A stretch of DNA of 64,000 bases from a virus: positions 1 through 64,000 of the IMG/VR virus record IMGVR_UViG_3300025108_004281; one strand, 5' to 3'. The position numbers and the translations under genes were made by a program. Positions 47,872 to 57,860 of the stretch are shown here, piece by piece; within the stretch, counting starts at the first letter, position 1; each line of letters starts with the position of its first letter. A model generated the notes under the pieces. That model did no database searches. It was not told the DNA's origin and saw only the letters and a list, made by a program, of their open reading frames with translations.

Positions 47872-47922
47872 AGTATTCCTATTCTAATTTGCAATTATAA
47901 TGTATTTATCAACTAAGTTGAT

Positions 47923-48282
47923 TTAATTGCTTAATAAAATTTGTGAGATACTACCGTAAGATGACTCGTATGTACTACCATCGCCGACTCCTGTTCTATC
48001 TAGAACGGCTCTTAGGTATACATAATTACCCTTAAATGTGTGAATTTCTGTGCCTGTAGTTGCAGATGCTTTTTCAATTAGTTTAATATCTCCCCAATCG
48101 GCTGATTCAGGGGTTAATGATAGTGTGCCTTGCAGTTTAATCTTGCCTACAAAAGCATTTAACTTTACACTAACGGAGTGAATTCCGTCCGTATAACCGA
48201 AATAACTATCTGCTTTGATTTTGTCGCCGGTTAAACTCATGTTATCGCTTGAGTTTCCTAGCATTTCTAATGTTCTTCTCAT
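47923..48282 (-). CDS. Conserved structural-region protein
   Basis: YFGYTDGIHSV...F.G.I..QGTL...P...DW...F.GNYVYLRA; GATAAATA at 48298-48305. Confidence 0.6.
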   Translation of the reverse strand: MRRTLEMLGNSSDNMSLTGDKIKADSYFGYTDGIHSVSVKLNAFVGKIKLQGTLSLTPESADWGDIKLIEKASATTGTEIHTFKGNYVYLRAVLDRTGVGDGSTYESSYGSISQILLSN

Positions 48283-48331
48283 AAGTAGCCTCAATTGTAT
48301 TTATCTCAATAAGGCACTTATGAGAATGTTG

Positions 48332-48805
48332 TTAAACTTGTTCGAGTCGAGTCATCAGTCTTTCAGCACGGTTAGTTACTTGTTTGTGCCATCTTGAATC
48401 TCTACCTTCCTTTGCGGCTTCTTTCCAATCTTCTTTTAGAATTGCGGCATGCATTTTCTTAAACTTACTAAGTCTTGTACGACCCATGTTAAACATCATA
48501 TTAACCAAGATTTGCTGGACCTCGTCTGGTAAGTCTCCAAACACCCCTTCTTCGTATAATAACTCACACTCAGATATTGCTGTGTCAAGGTCTCTTTCAA
48601 AACATTCTTTAACACGTTCTTCTGATACTGGTGTTCCAACTTCTGCTCCATGCTCTGGATCGGTGTCGAGGACCAAATGCCCCACTCCAAAAGTCGGGTA
48701 TCCCAAGTGGTCGAGGTAGATCTCATTGACTACTCCTTCATCTATTTTAAGTTGCTCAAAAACTGCTTCTCTATCTAATTTTGTGTCTCTTCCAAATAAT
48801 CCCAT
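48332..48805 (-). CDS. Endolysin, T4-type lysozyme (GH24)
   Basis: DEG.....YLD.LG.PT.G.GH catalytic E-D-T; NM.FNMG; SRW..Q...RA. Confidence 0.9.
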   Translation of the reverse strand: MGLFGRDTKLDREAVFEQLKIDEGVVNEIYLDHLGYPTFGVGHLVLDTDPEHGAEVGTPVSEERVKECFERDLDTAISECELLYEEGVFGDLPDEVQQILVNMMFNMGRTRLSKFKKMHAAILKEDWKEAAKEGRDSRWHKQVTNRAERLMTRLEQV

Positions 48806-49354
48806 TTATAATTCCTCTGTGGTAACAACTTTATATATTTCGCTATTACCTACTGTTAATTGTAATTTAGCAACATCTTTTTTATTGGTCATGTAAACTG
48901 TTGATTTCCAACCATCACCAGTGTGTGTTACTTTTGCATCCATACTAAGTTTGCTAACTTTTTTAACCCAATCAATATTTGGCCAATACTTGTATGCTAC
49001 ATATCTATATTTATTAAAAAACAGTTGTCTTCTAAGTATTTGATTATTTGATGTAATAACATCATATTCTTCTTGCGAACGTATACCTTGTACACTAATT
49101 ATACTATCTTTAAATTTTCTAATAAATTTTTTAGCAACTTTGCTATCTGAAAAATACACTGAATAATTTTTGTGCCATGCAAATTTCATTGTGTCCCAGC
49201 AGTACTGATTTTGAAATTTGTATATTTCTTCTAATACCATAGGATCGTGTATAAGCCAATTGCCTTTTACTTCTGCTTTGATATGATACTTATTCCACCA
49301 TAATTTAAATGATGGCCGGATATCTATACCGGAAACAGTATTGCCTAAATTCAT
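48806..49354 (-). CDS. Hypothetical protein
   Basis: ORF track; internal duplication KLWWNKY / QLFFNKY. Confidence 0.55.
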   Translation of the reverse strand: MNLGNTVSGIDIRPSFKLWWNKYHIKAEVKGNWLIHDPMVLEEIYKFQNQYCWDTMKFAWHKNYSVYFSDSKVAKKFIRKFKDSIISVQGIRSQEEYDVITSNNQILRRQLFFNKYRYVAYKYWPNIDWVKKVSKLSMDAKVTHTGDGWKSTVYMTNKKDVAKLQLTVGNSEIYKVVTTEEL

Positions 49355-51528
49355 TTGACAGTGAATTCAAACTGCTCAATATAATCTACAAGTACTACGC
49401 CTTCCTCTATTTTATCAAACAATATTTTTTTACTAATTGGCTTCTTGACAACATCTTCGAACAATCTTTTTAAAGGCCTTGCACCCATGCTAGGTTCAAA
49501 TCCGTTATCTGCAATATATTTCTTAGCCGCTTTGGTAAGTTCAATACTAACTTTACTGTCATTACTAGCAAGTAATTCGTTTGTTTCTCTAACAATTTTA
49601 TCAATAATAAGATTAACTTCTTTCATTCCTAGTTTGTTAAACTTAACATAAGAGTCTATCCTGTTTCTAAACTCTGGTGTGAAGAAACTTTTGACTGCTT
49701 TTATATCTGTGTCTGTATGTGATGTTTCACCAAATCCAATCTTGCTTGTTTCTGCCTTGGCGGCACCTAAGTTACTTGTCATTATAAGTGTAACATTACT
49801 GAAGTCTACTTGCTTGCCTGTTGCACCTGTAAGTCTACCATCGTCCATTACTTGTAGTAACACTTGTAATACTTCTGGTGCGGCTTTCTCTACTTCATCT
49901 AGTAGCAACACACAATTAGGATTCTTATCAATTTCAGAAAGCAACATGCCTTGTCCTAGTTCGCCTTCTGCGTGTCCTACATAACCTGGAGGAGCACCAA
50001 TTAGTTTACTTACACTATGTCTTTCCATATACTCTGACATGTCAAACTTAACAAGTTTAATATCTAATTCGTCTGCTAATGCTCTTGCTGTTTCTGTTTT
50101 ACCTACACCAGTCGGTCCTACAAATAGGAAACTACCAATTGGTTTGTTTGGTTCTCTTAGGCCTGCTTTACTAACAAGTATACTTTCTACTAGTTTATCG
50201 ACTGCTTCGTCTTGTCCAAACACTTTCTTTTTAATCTTTTTATCTAACTTGCTGAAGCCTTTTGTGTCTTTAACATCTACTACTTCTTGTTTAATTTTAG
50301 CAATCTTTGATACCTGTGCTACTACTGAGTCAAGATTTACAACTTTCTTTTCTAATACTTTAGTGACTGCACCTGCGGCATCTACAATGTCTAATGCTTT
50401 GTCTGGAAAGTACTTATTCTTAATATATCTGTCTGCCAATTCACATGCTTTTTCTATAGCACCTTCTTCATACTTGACTTTGTGGAACTCTTCGTAGTAT
50501 GGCTGTAAGCCTTGGCATATTTTAATAGTATCTTTAAGTGTTGTTTCTTCTACGTCTAGTCTTGCAAACCTACGCATCAATGCTCTATCTTTCTCAAACG
50601 TACTTGCAAACTCATCTGGTGTAGTTGCACCAATACACAATAGTTTACCTTTGCCTAACAATGGCTTTAACATGTTTGCCGCATCTACTTGACTGCTACC
50701 AGCACTACCGGCACCCATAATCATATGTATTTCGTCAATAAACAGAATAGCATTTTCGTTCTTTTCTATCTGTTCTAAAACTGTTTTTAGTCTTTCTTCA
50801 AAGTCACCTCTAAACTTTGTACCTGCTAACATTGTACCAACATCTATTTGATAAACAGTTTTATCTTCTAGTGTTTTAGGAACTTGCTTGTTGATAATTT
50901 TCCATGCCATACCTTCTGCAATAGCAGTTTTACCTACTCCGGGTTCACCAACTAAGCATACGTTATTCTTTTTACGTCTAGCAAGTATTTCAACAACATC
51001 ATTTACTTCTTCGCTTCTACCAATGAGAGGATCAATACTTCCGTTCATTGCTTCTTCGTTTAAGTTTTTAATGTAGTCTTGTGTTTCTTCTACTAGTTCG
51101 CCTTCAACGACATCGCCTAATATTTCAATTAAATTTTCTCTATGGCAACCATTAACTGCTAAAAAATATGCACTATGTGAATTTTCTTCATTTGTAATAC
51201 TAACTAGCAAATCAATTGCAGATATTTTATCTCTACCATTAAAGATACTTTGTGCAAATGCTCTTTGAAAGACACGTTCAACTGCTACAGTTTTCTTAGG
51301 CTTGCCTGTGCTACCGCCTTCTGATTTAAGATTGTTGTACTCATCGTCATTAAGATAAGTCACAATGTCTGCTTCTAATTGTTTAATTTCAACATTACAT
51401 TCACCTAATACTTTTTTAATCTCTTTATCTTTAATAAGAGCCAGAGCAACATGCTCTAGAGTCATATACTCATGACTAAATTGATTAGATATTTCGTATG
51501 CTTTTTCTATAATTCCTTCAACATTCAT
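49351..51528 (-). CDS. clpA: ATP-dependent Clp protease ATP-binding subunit ClpA
   Basis: [35 protein letters not shown] loop, GARP. Confidence 0.93.
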   Translation of the reverse strand: MNVEGIIEKAYEISNQFSHEYMTLEHVALALIKDKEIKKVLGECNVEIKQLEADIVTYLNDDEYNNLKSEGGSTGKPKKTVAVERVFQRAFAQSIFNGRDKISAIDLLVSITNEENSHSAYFLAVNGCHRENLIEILGDVVEGELVEETQDYIKNLNEEAMNGSIDPLIGRSEEVNDVVEILARRKKNNVCLVGEPGVGKTAIAEGMAWKIINKQVPKTLEDKTVYQIDVGTMLAGTKFRGDFEERLKTVLEQIEKNENAILFIDEIHMIMGAGSAGSSQVDAANMLKPLLGKGKLLCIGATTPDEFASTFEKDRALMRRFARLDVEETTLKDTIKICQGLQPYYEEFHKVKYEEGAIEKACELADRYIKNKYFPDKALDIVDAAGAVTKVLEKKVVNLDSVVAQVSKIAKIKQEVVDVKDTKGFSKLDKKIKKKVFGQDEAVDKLVESILVSKAGLREPNKPIGSFLFVGPTGVGKTETARALADELDIKLVKFDMSEYMERHSVSKLIGAPPGYVGHAEGELGQGMLLSEIDKNPNCVLLLDEVEKAAPEVLQVLLQVMDDGRLTGATGKQVDFSNVTLIMTSNLGAAKAETSKIGFGETSHTDTDIKAVKSFFTPEFRNRIDSYVKFNKLGMKEVNLIIDKIVRETNELLASNDSKVSIELTKAAKKYIADNGFEPSMGARPLKRLFEDVVKKPISKKILFDKIEEGVVLVDYIEQFEFTVK

Positions 51529-51536
51529 AATAGTAT

Positions 51537-52346
51537 TTAATTATTTCTCCTACGTTCTTGATTAATTCTTCGTATAAGGTTAACATGATCATGATCTATG
51601 GATTCGGGTGCAGTAACAGACACTTGTAAAAGGAAGTCTCCTACTATACTGCTACGTGGATTTGTAAAACCCTCTCCTCTTAATTTAAGTCTAGAGTTAG
51701 GTTGTGTTAGTGCCGGAATGTTTACTGATAACATCCTGCCATTAACATGCCTAACTTCAATAGTGGTACCAACAATGGCTTCTAGATAATCAATTTCTAC
51801 AATACCAATAAGGTCGTTACCATTTTTAGCAAATTCTCTATGTGGCTGATATCTGACTCTTACAAATAAATTACCTGGCGGTAAGTTAGGATCTTGCTGT
51901 GGGCCTTTGCCATGTAAAGTGAAACGAGTACCTTCTTCTGTGCCTTTTGGTATATTGAGATCTATAACACCTGTACCAACATCTATTCTTTTTGTTACAC
52001 CAAAAAACACATCTTCCAATGATAATAGTATATCTGTTTGAGCATCAAAGTTTTGTTCTCTACGACGTTGACCTCTTTGTCCAAATATATCTCTAAATAT
52101 ATCTCCAAACGGATTGGCGCCACTAAAAGGATCACCACCACCAAAGCCTTCAAAAGGATTAGGATTATCATACTGACTACGTTTTTGTGGATCACTTAGT
52201 GTGTCGTATGCTTCTTGCACTCTTTTGAATTCTTCAGGGTTACCGCCTTTGTCAGGATGATGCTTACTCGCTAATTTGCGATATGCTTTTTTGATAGCGG
52301 AGGCATCAGCATCGCGGCTAACCCCCAATGTTTGGTAGTGATCCAT
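51537..52346 (-). CDS. dnaJ: DnaJ/CbpA-type co-chaperone
   Basis: J-domain HPD, G/F linker, C-terminal domain, no zinc finger. Confidence 0.92.
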   Translation of the reverse strand: MDHYQTLGVSRDADASAIKKAYRKLASKHHPDKGGNPEEFKRVQEAYDTLSDPQKRSQYDNPNPFEGFGGGDPFSGANPFGDIFRDIFGQRGQRRREQNFDAQTDILLSLEDVFFGVTKRIDVGTGVIDLNIPKGTEEGTRFTLHGKGPQQDPNLPPGNLFVRVRYQPHREFAKNGNDLIGIVEIDYLEAIVGTTIEVRHVNGRMLSVNIPALTQPNSRLKLRGEGFTNPRSSIVGDFLLQVSVTAPESIDHDHVNLIRRINQERRRNN

Positions 52347-52354
52347 ATTAACTT

Positions 52355-52383
52355 ATTATAATGTTCTTTGACAGAAATGTCAA
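52355..52383 (-). promoter_or_regulatory. TTGACA-17-TATAAT promoter, near-leaderless
   Basis: -35 52378-52383, -10 52355-52360, 8 nt to ATG. Confidence 0.8.
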
Positions 52384-52386
52384 GTG

Positions 52387-52809
52387 TTAATCGTCTTTTG
52401 TGAGTTTTTTTGGCTCAAAGTCACTAGACTTAATAATACTGCTACTGTCTTCTTTGCCTTGCTGTTCTTCTGGCTCATAGTATTGTTTATATGCTTCTAT
52501 GATTGCTCTGTACTTTATGATTTGATTTCTCATTTGCACATTGTTTTTTTGTAATAGTTCGTAATCTTCGTCAGTAAGACCAAATAATACAGCATCTATG
52601 TTTGCTTTTTTAAGTTCAGCAAATACTTCTTCTTGGTTGCCTTCGTTTATAATCTTCCAATTAATTTGCTCCAATGCTACAACTGGAGGCATATCTAAGT
52701 CTAAAGGCATACGTTCTACTTCTTTAGTAAAGATTTCTAAAGACTTTGTAGATGCACAACCACTAATAAGGAACGTAATTAGGATTGGCAATATTAGTGC
52801 ATTCTGCAT
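52387..52809 (-). CDS. o-spanin (lipoprotein)
   Basis: Start MQNALILP; lipobox ISGC; overlaps upstream i-spanin. Confidence 0.7.
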   Translation of the reverse strand: MQNALILPILITFLISGCASTKSLEIFTKEVERMPLDLDMPPVVALEQINWKIINEGNQEEVFAELKKANIDAVLFGLTDEDYELLQKNNVQMRNQIIKYRAIIEAYKQYYEPEEQQGKEDSSSIIKSSDFEPKKLTKDD

Positions 52810-53248
52810 TAATCTGCGATTTCTTAGTTGCATTTAACTCCTCCTCTGTTAGTGGTGAGCCTTGTGCTATTTCAAAACACCTTGCTCTTTGTTTTTCTCT
52901 TTTGCCTTCTATTCTTTGTATACTTTTAGGCTTTGCTACTGCTAATGCACCAACATCTCTTCTTTCGCCTGATGCATTTACTTTGTTAAACTTTTCATTT
53001 GCAAGATTTAAATCTGCTGTAAGTTTAGCATTGTTTTCATTTAACTGGTTATTGAGTGCGGTCTTAGTTTCTATATCACGTAACTGTTGCTCAATAACTG
53101 CTTGTTGTTGCTCAACAGCATTATTAAGTTTTTCATTGTTTAGTGTAAGGATTTCGTTTTCTGCTTTTAGATGTTGTACATACCATAAGCCTCCTGCGGC
53201 TCCGGACAACATTAGAAAAAAGAAAACTAGTTTAATTTGACCCAACAT
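52763..53248 (-). CDS. i-spanin
   Basis: N-terminal TM, long coiled coil, C-terminal Cys pair. Confidence 0.7.
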   Translation of the reverse strand: MLGQIKLVFFFLMLSGAAGGLWYVQHLKAENEILTLNNEKLNNAVEQQQAVIEQQLRDIETKTALNNQLNENNAKLTADLNLANEKFNKVNASGERRDVGALAVAKPKSIQRIEGKREKQRARCFEIAQGSPLTEEELNATKKSQINAECTNIANPNYVPY

Positions 53249-53462
53249 GTCTCTCTACTACTTCACATAGTGCAGACACAGTCATTATATCAAATGTTTC
53301 TTCTTCTGGTATGGATATACCTAGTTTGGATTCTATCTGAACAAATACATCAACTATGTCAAATTCATCACCGCCTAAGTCGTCCATTATATGACTGTCT
53401 ACAGTAATATCTTTATCTTTGCCAAAATGTCCTTCTAGGACTTCTAAAATTTCTACTCTCAT
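53232..53462 (-). CDS. Acyl-carrier-protein-like, Ppant Ser replaced by Glu
   Basis: DDLGGDEFDIVD...IE..LGI.IP.EE...I.TV aligns to ACP EDLGADSLDTVE...IPDEE..I.TV. Confidence 0.75.
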   Translation of the reverse strand: MRVEILEVLEGHFGKDKDITVDSHIMDDLGGDEFDIVDVFVQIESKLGISIPEEETFDIMTVSALCEVVERHVGSN

Positions 53463-54214
53463 ATTTTTCTCAATAACATAACATCGTCACTGCCTTCTCT
53501 AGAAATTGTAAACCTACCATCGCTAAAGTTATTAATTGCGTATGTTTTACCAATTGCATCAGCAAATGCCAAGTCATCGCTTAACATACTTCTAATAGGT
53601 TCTGATGAAATGTCTTCTAGTATATCTTTTTGACCAAAGTTGACTAATTCAAATTCAAATACTCTTTTACCTCTTTGAAATTGTATTGTATCTCTTTCTG
53701 TGTCTTTATCTAAACTTACGTTTGACATTAAACTGTCAATTAAAAAGTTACCTAAGTTTTCTTTGTAAGCAGATTCTTCTGCTTGTACTTTGTTTTGTTG
53801 GAATGTTTTTTTATCTACATACATATCTGGGTCCACTATTACAAAATCTTTCCATGTATCTTCGTGTAGTTTGAAATCTTGTTCTGCATAGTAAGGCTTT
53901 ACAGTCCATGCTAATTTACCAGACAAGTTCTCTACATCATGTAAAATTTTATCTAATTTCTCAAAGACTTTATCGTCTCTGTCTACTTCAACAAACACCA
54001 TGTAGTGTCCGTCTTCATTTGAGGCAGGTGATGCCTCGCAATCTAATGTTTCGTATGCTCCGGCCTCAATAAAGTTTGATAAGTCTTTAGCAGGATCAAG
54101 ATCATCTACATAAAAGCCTATAACAATAACGTCTTTGTTGTCACCTGTTTTAGGTGCAAATTCGTCTAGGCTTACTTTAGGTATAACTAAGTCTACTAAA
54201 TCTTCGTGCTTCAT
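53459..54214 (-). CDS. Conserved large-phage hypothetical protein
   Basis: DEF.PK.G...DVIV..F...PA.DL..FIE.G. Confidence 0.65.
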   Translation of the reverse strand: MKHEDLVDLVIPKVSLDEFAPKTGDNKDVIVIGFYVDDLDPAKDLSNFIEAGAYETLDCEASPASNEDGHYMVFVEVDRDDKVFEKLDKILHDVENLSGKLAWTVKPYYAEQDFKLHEDTWKDFVIVDPDMYVDKKTFQQNKVQAEESAYKENLGNFLIDSLMSNVSLDKDTERDTIQFQRGKRVFEFELVNFGQKDILEDISSEPIRSMLSDDLAFADAIGKTYAINNFSDGRFTISREGSDDVMLLRKI

Positions 54215-54765
54215 TATATGCCGCCTCCTAGTGGATCTGCTGGTGCAGGTGCTGATGGATCAACTCCTTGTTGTAACATTGCACCTTCGTCTGCATCCTG
54301 TGTAGATATAACATCGTCATTTATTTTAGTTTCTGCTTCATCATAATGTTCTAAATACTTTCTTGGTATTCTTAATTCGACTAACCATACAGGATCTGAT
54401 TCTGTTTTAGTTTTTCTGTACACTCTATTACGTTTGATTTCGACTTCTATATCATCTGGACCCATTATCTTTTTAGGATATTCAAATACATCTTCATTAA
54501 ATTTAACTTTGCAATCTTTGTTAGTTAAACGTAATGCTCCTTCTGGGTCTGGCATATCGTTTTTATCATACATCAATGTTAGGTCAATCCAGTATTTACT
54601 AGGACGTCCTACTTCGACTATCTTGCCCTTCTTCCAGTTCTTAAATGCATAAATACCTAGGTGCTCAAACAGACCATCTAGTTCTAATAGCATATCAAGA
54701 AGTGTACGATCTTGGTTGATTGCTTTAATAGTGTTGTTTATATCTTCAGATGTATATTTTGACAT
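54214..54765 (-). CDS. Conserved large-phage hypothetical protein (leaderless)
   Basis: YAFKNW..G..V......YW....MPDP.GA.RL; GATAAATA at 54771-54778, 5 nt from ATG 54765. Confidence 0.65.
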   Translation of the reverse strand: MSKYTSEDINNTIKAINQDRTLLDMLLELDGLFEHLGIYAFKNWKKGKIVEVGRPSKYWIDLTLMYDKNDMPDPEGALRLTNKDCKVKFNEDVFEYPKKIMGPDDIEVEIKRNRVYRKTKTESDPVWLVELRIPRKYLEHYDEAETKINDDVISTQDADEGAMLQQGVDPSAPAPADPLGGGI

Positions 54766-54882
54766 ACAAGTATTTATCAAAGTTATTAAATGAGTTGTTT
54801 TAACATTGACGTCAAATACTAAATAATATTACATGATGATTAACAACCATTTAAAAAGTTGTAGAAATACATACAGAACCCC

Positions 54883-54913
54883 ACCGTTCATGGAACCCAT
54901 GCACGGTTTTTTT
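54883..54913 (+). terminator. Terminator-like hairpin in phoH leader
   Basis: ACCGU-U-CAUGG-AAC-CCAUG-C-ACGGU followed by U-tract. Confidence 0.55.
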
Positions 54914-54936
54914 ATGGCTCTAATAAGGAGACAACC

Positions 54937-55686
54937 ATGTCAAGAAAAAAACGCAAAGAACGAGAATTCAAGGCGAAAATACGCCAACTACAAACGGAGG
55001 AATTAATATTGAAACTTGATAACAGATATAATACGAAGACGGCTAATTGTACAGTAGTACCTAGAAACATAACCCAAGACAATTTACTTGCATCACTAGA
55101 GCATACAAATACGTCTATTACATTTGCTGTAGGACCAGCAGGTACGGGTAAAACATATATTGCTACAAAGAAGGCCGTACAGTCGTTAATGTCTGGAATG
55201 GTGTCCAAAATAGTTATTACAAGGCCAGCAATAAGTGTTGATGAGCAACACGGCTTCTTACCTGGTACATTACAGGATAAGATGGCTCCATGGACTAGGC
55301 CAATTATAGATATTTTTGAGGAACACTTTACACCCAGTCACATAGAAAATATGATAGACGCAAACATTATTGAGATTGCACCACTGGCATATATGAGAGG
55401 TAGAACATTTAAAAACTCATTTGTTATTGCAGATGAAATGCAAAATGCAACTATTGAACAGATGAAAATGCTTTTAACTAGAATAGGCGTAGGCAGTAAA
55501 ATGGTTATTACTGGTGACTTACGTCAACATGATAGAGGCTTTGGTGACAATGGATTAAAGGATTTCTTAGAAAGACTAGAAGAAAAGGATTACGAATTCA
55601 TTAGAACAATAGAATTTACTAGCAAAGATATAGAAAGGCACCCTGCTGTTGCAGAAATACTAAGTGTCTATAATGATTTAAACTAA
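54937..55686 (+). CDS. phoH: PhoH-like ATPase
   Basis: GPAGTGKT, GFLPG, PLAYMRGRT, DEMQN, TGD..Q.D, RHP. Confidence 0.95.
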   Translation: MSRKKRKEREFKAKIRQLQTEELILKLDNRYNTKTANCTVVPRNITQDNLLASLEHTNTSITFAVGPAGTGKTYIATKKAVQSLMSGMVSKIVITRPAISVDEQHGFLPGTLQDKMAPWTRPIIDIFEEHFTPSHIENMIDANIIEIAPLAYMRGRTFKNSFVIADEMQNATIEQMKMLLTRIGVGSKMVITGDLRQHDRGFGDNGLKDFLERLEEKDYEFIRTIEFTSKDIERHPAVAEILSVYNDLN

Positions 55687-55887
55687 TCTTTGTAAGATAA
55701 TTTCGCTAACTTGGCCGACTTGGTTATGCTCTAAATCATACAAGTCGGTCATCCTATCAACTGCACTTTTAATAGCAACCAGAGGGTCGCTTTTGTTTTG
55801 TTTAATATGCGTGTAGACAAACCCACCTTCTCTAAATTCAGGCTCGTACTTAATCATTTCTTCTGCTACTGTAACCAGGTCGACCAT
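55678..55887 (-). CDS. Hypothetical protein
   Basis: ORF track. Confidence 0.45.
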   Translation of the reverse strand: MVDLVTVAEEMIKYEPEFREGGFVYTHIKQNKSDPLVAIKSAVDRMTDLYDLEHNQVGQVSEIILQRLV

Positions 55888-56405
55888 AATGATAACTCGT
55901 TGATTTCTATTTCTTGTGGTTTATCAATGCACCACTTAATTGCTTCTGCTACTGTTTCAGGTGAAAGTTTATTGTAATCTTTAGCACGTGGCGGTATCAT
56001 ATCAGTATCTACATAGCCTGGATTAATATTAATTACTCTGACTCTTTTATTCATATCGCTGAATACATTAGATTGTGCTATATGATCTAAATGCTTTTTA
56101 TCTGCTCCATACAATGATGTCCTAACACCGTCATACTTGCTTCTACTATTAATATTTACAATAGTTTTAGTATCGTCTGTTCTCCACAAGTTAAACAATT
56201 GATCAAAAAGTTCAGATTGTTTAGTGCCACTGTATGCATTATTAATAAACATATCACAGGAGTTGGCTGTCATTATGATAGGTTTGATTTCATTTATATC
56301 AAAGCCATTGCTTCTACTCATACCAATTACATCATGCTCTTTGCTTAGTAAATCAAAACATGCTTTACCAATGCCTTTGCTATGTCCTGTAATTGCTATT
56401 TTCAA
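55866..56405 (-). CDS. Short-chain dehydrogenase/reductase
   Basis: TGHSKGIG, INNA, YGADK, PGYVDT. Confidence 0.85.
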   Translation of the reverse strand: MKIAITGHSKGIGKACFDLLSKEHDVIGMSRSNGFDINEIKPIIMTANSCDMFINNAYSGTKQSELFDQLFNLWRTDDTKTIVNINSRSKYDGVRTSLYGADKKHLDHIAQSNVFSDMNKRVRVININPGYVDTDMIPPRAKDYNKLSPETVAEAIKWCIDKPQEIEINELSLWSTWLQ

Positions 56406-56650
56406 CTGTTCTTCCTTTTAAAGTACATGTAGATTCCATAGGCACTGATTATAAACCAAAAGAATTCTATTACCAAACTTGCTAGGTTAGGTGTGTAAAC
56501 TAGACTAACTGTTACAAGTATTGCTACAATTAAGTTATTGAAACTGTACCAAAAACCCTTAGGGTCTATGCGTTCTAATTGTAATAATGCGTATGTGACT
56601 ATAAGTAATGCCACACCTGTGAATCCTATTATATCGGGTATTGTAATCAT
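56402..56650 (-). CDS. Small membrane protein (CBU_0592-like)
   Basis: IG..G..L....Y..LQ.......YS..N......IE.FW..IS.YG. Confidence 0.65.
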   Translation of the reverse strand: MITIPDIIGFTGVALLIVTYALLQLERIDPKGFWYSFNNLIVAILVTVSLVYTPNLASLVIEFFWFIISAYGIYMYFKRKNS

Positions 56651-57066
56651 GCTGATGCTGTATATTGTTTTGATATGTATTGCATTTTCCTAAACACACT
56701 CATCATACCAATTTGTCTTTGCATACTAAGTTGAGCACCTAATGGTATCTTTTGTACGGAAGACATGTTAAAATTAAGCATATCATTTGGTTGGTAACCA
56801 CTGAATGCCTCTACTAAAATATGTAATAAACCTTTAACAAGTTTACTGTCTGAATGTGCATAGAATTGCAATGTATTGTTTTCGTCTAGTATGTGTGTTA
56901 ACCACACATCGCTTTGACATCCTGCAACATAGTTTTCGTCATTAATCATTTCTGTAACACCAATACCTGCAAGACTGTCGCCTAATTCAATTAAGTATTC
57001 ATAACGGTCTAAATCAGTTTCTAATGCTTCTAGTGTTTCTACTATGGGTTCTATAGTTGCTATCAT
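56647..57066 (-). CDS. sufE: Fe-S assembly sulfur acceptor SufE
   Basis: RYEYLIELG, V.GCQS.VW, SDS.LVKGL, LS.QR..G. Confidence 0.9.
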   Translation of the reverse strand: MIATIEPIVETLEALETDLDRYEYLIELGDSLAGIGVTEMINDENYVAGCQSDVWLTHILDENNTLQFYAHSDSKLVKGLLHILVEAFSGYQPNDMLNFNMSSVQKIPLGAQLSMQRQIGMMSVFRKMQYISKQYTASA

Positions 57067-57860
57067 CTTATCTTCTTGTTTTTACTAACTGCTTTTTCTA
57101 GCAGTGATAATTTAATGTTTTTACTTTGAGCATAATTGATTAATGCTTCTGTGTCCTTAGGAAAACAATGTCCACCAAAGCCAAACTCGCCATCAGTCCC
57201 GGGCACTTTCATATGACTATTGCCCATGCGTGGATCTCTTGTTAGCATATCTGTAAACTGATCCCAACTAACCATACTGCTACTTGCTTGTTGTAGGTTG
57301 TATAGTTCATTAAAGAAAACAACTTTAGTTGCTAACCAACTATTAATAGTATACTTAATCAAACTTGCAGTACTCAAGTCTACTTTGAATGTCGGAACTA
57401 CTCTCACATTGCTATACCTATTGTATGCTTTTTCAACTGTGTCGCAGTCTTTCCATTTCCCTCCGAGTACTTGCATGTTTGGATTAACAAAGTCCTGTGA
57501 AGCATTTGCTTCAGTGAGAAACTCTGGATTATAAACTATTTTTAATTTGTAGGATTTTTTAAATATATGTAAGTAGTCAGGTATAATTGTGCTTTTAACA
57601 ACAACTATACCTTTATACTCACAATCGTTTAATTCTTGTAGAACTTCAGTAACAATGTCTACATTAACACTACCGTCTTCATTAGGTGGTGTCGGAACAC
57701 AAACGAAAGTAAGTGGTGGATCAAAGTCATTGACAAGTTTATCAATTGTGTTGTCCTCTGAAATTTTAGGATCCACCACGTACTGTTCTATATTAGAAAA
57801 GCCATCACTGACAGCACTTCCTACAAAACCTTTACCTATAATTCCTATTTTATACTTCAT
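57063..57860 (-). CDS. Short UDP-glucose dehydrogenase-like protein (no C-terminal domain)
   Basis: GKGFVG, CVPTP, KST, NPEFL, GFGGHCFPKD. Confidence 0.8.
   Translation of the reverse strand: MKYKIGIIGKGFVGSAVSDGFSNIEQYVVDPKISEDNTIDKLVNDFDPPLTFVCVPTPPNEDGSVNVDIVTEVLQELNDCEYKGIVVVKSTIIPDYLHIFKKSYKLKIVYNPEFLTEANASQDFVNPNMQVLGGKWKDCDTVEKAYNRYSNVRVVPTFKVDLSTASLIKYTINSWLATKVVFFNELYNLQQASSSMVSWDQFTDMLTRDPRMGNSHMKVPGTDGEFGFGGHCFPKDTEALINYAQSKNIKLSLLEKAVSKNKKIR

Noticed and set aside
53361-53375. Literal GGDEF string in the 76-aa protein
   Set aside because: The protein is too short for a diguanylate cyclase, and the surrounding pattern is ACP.
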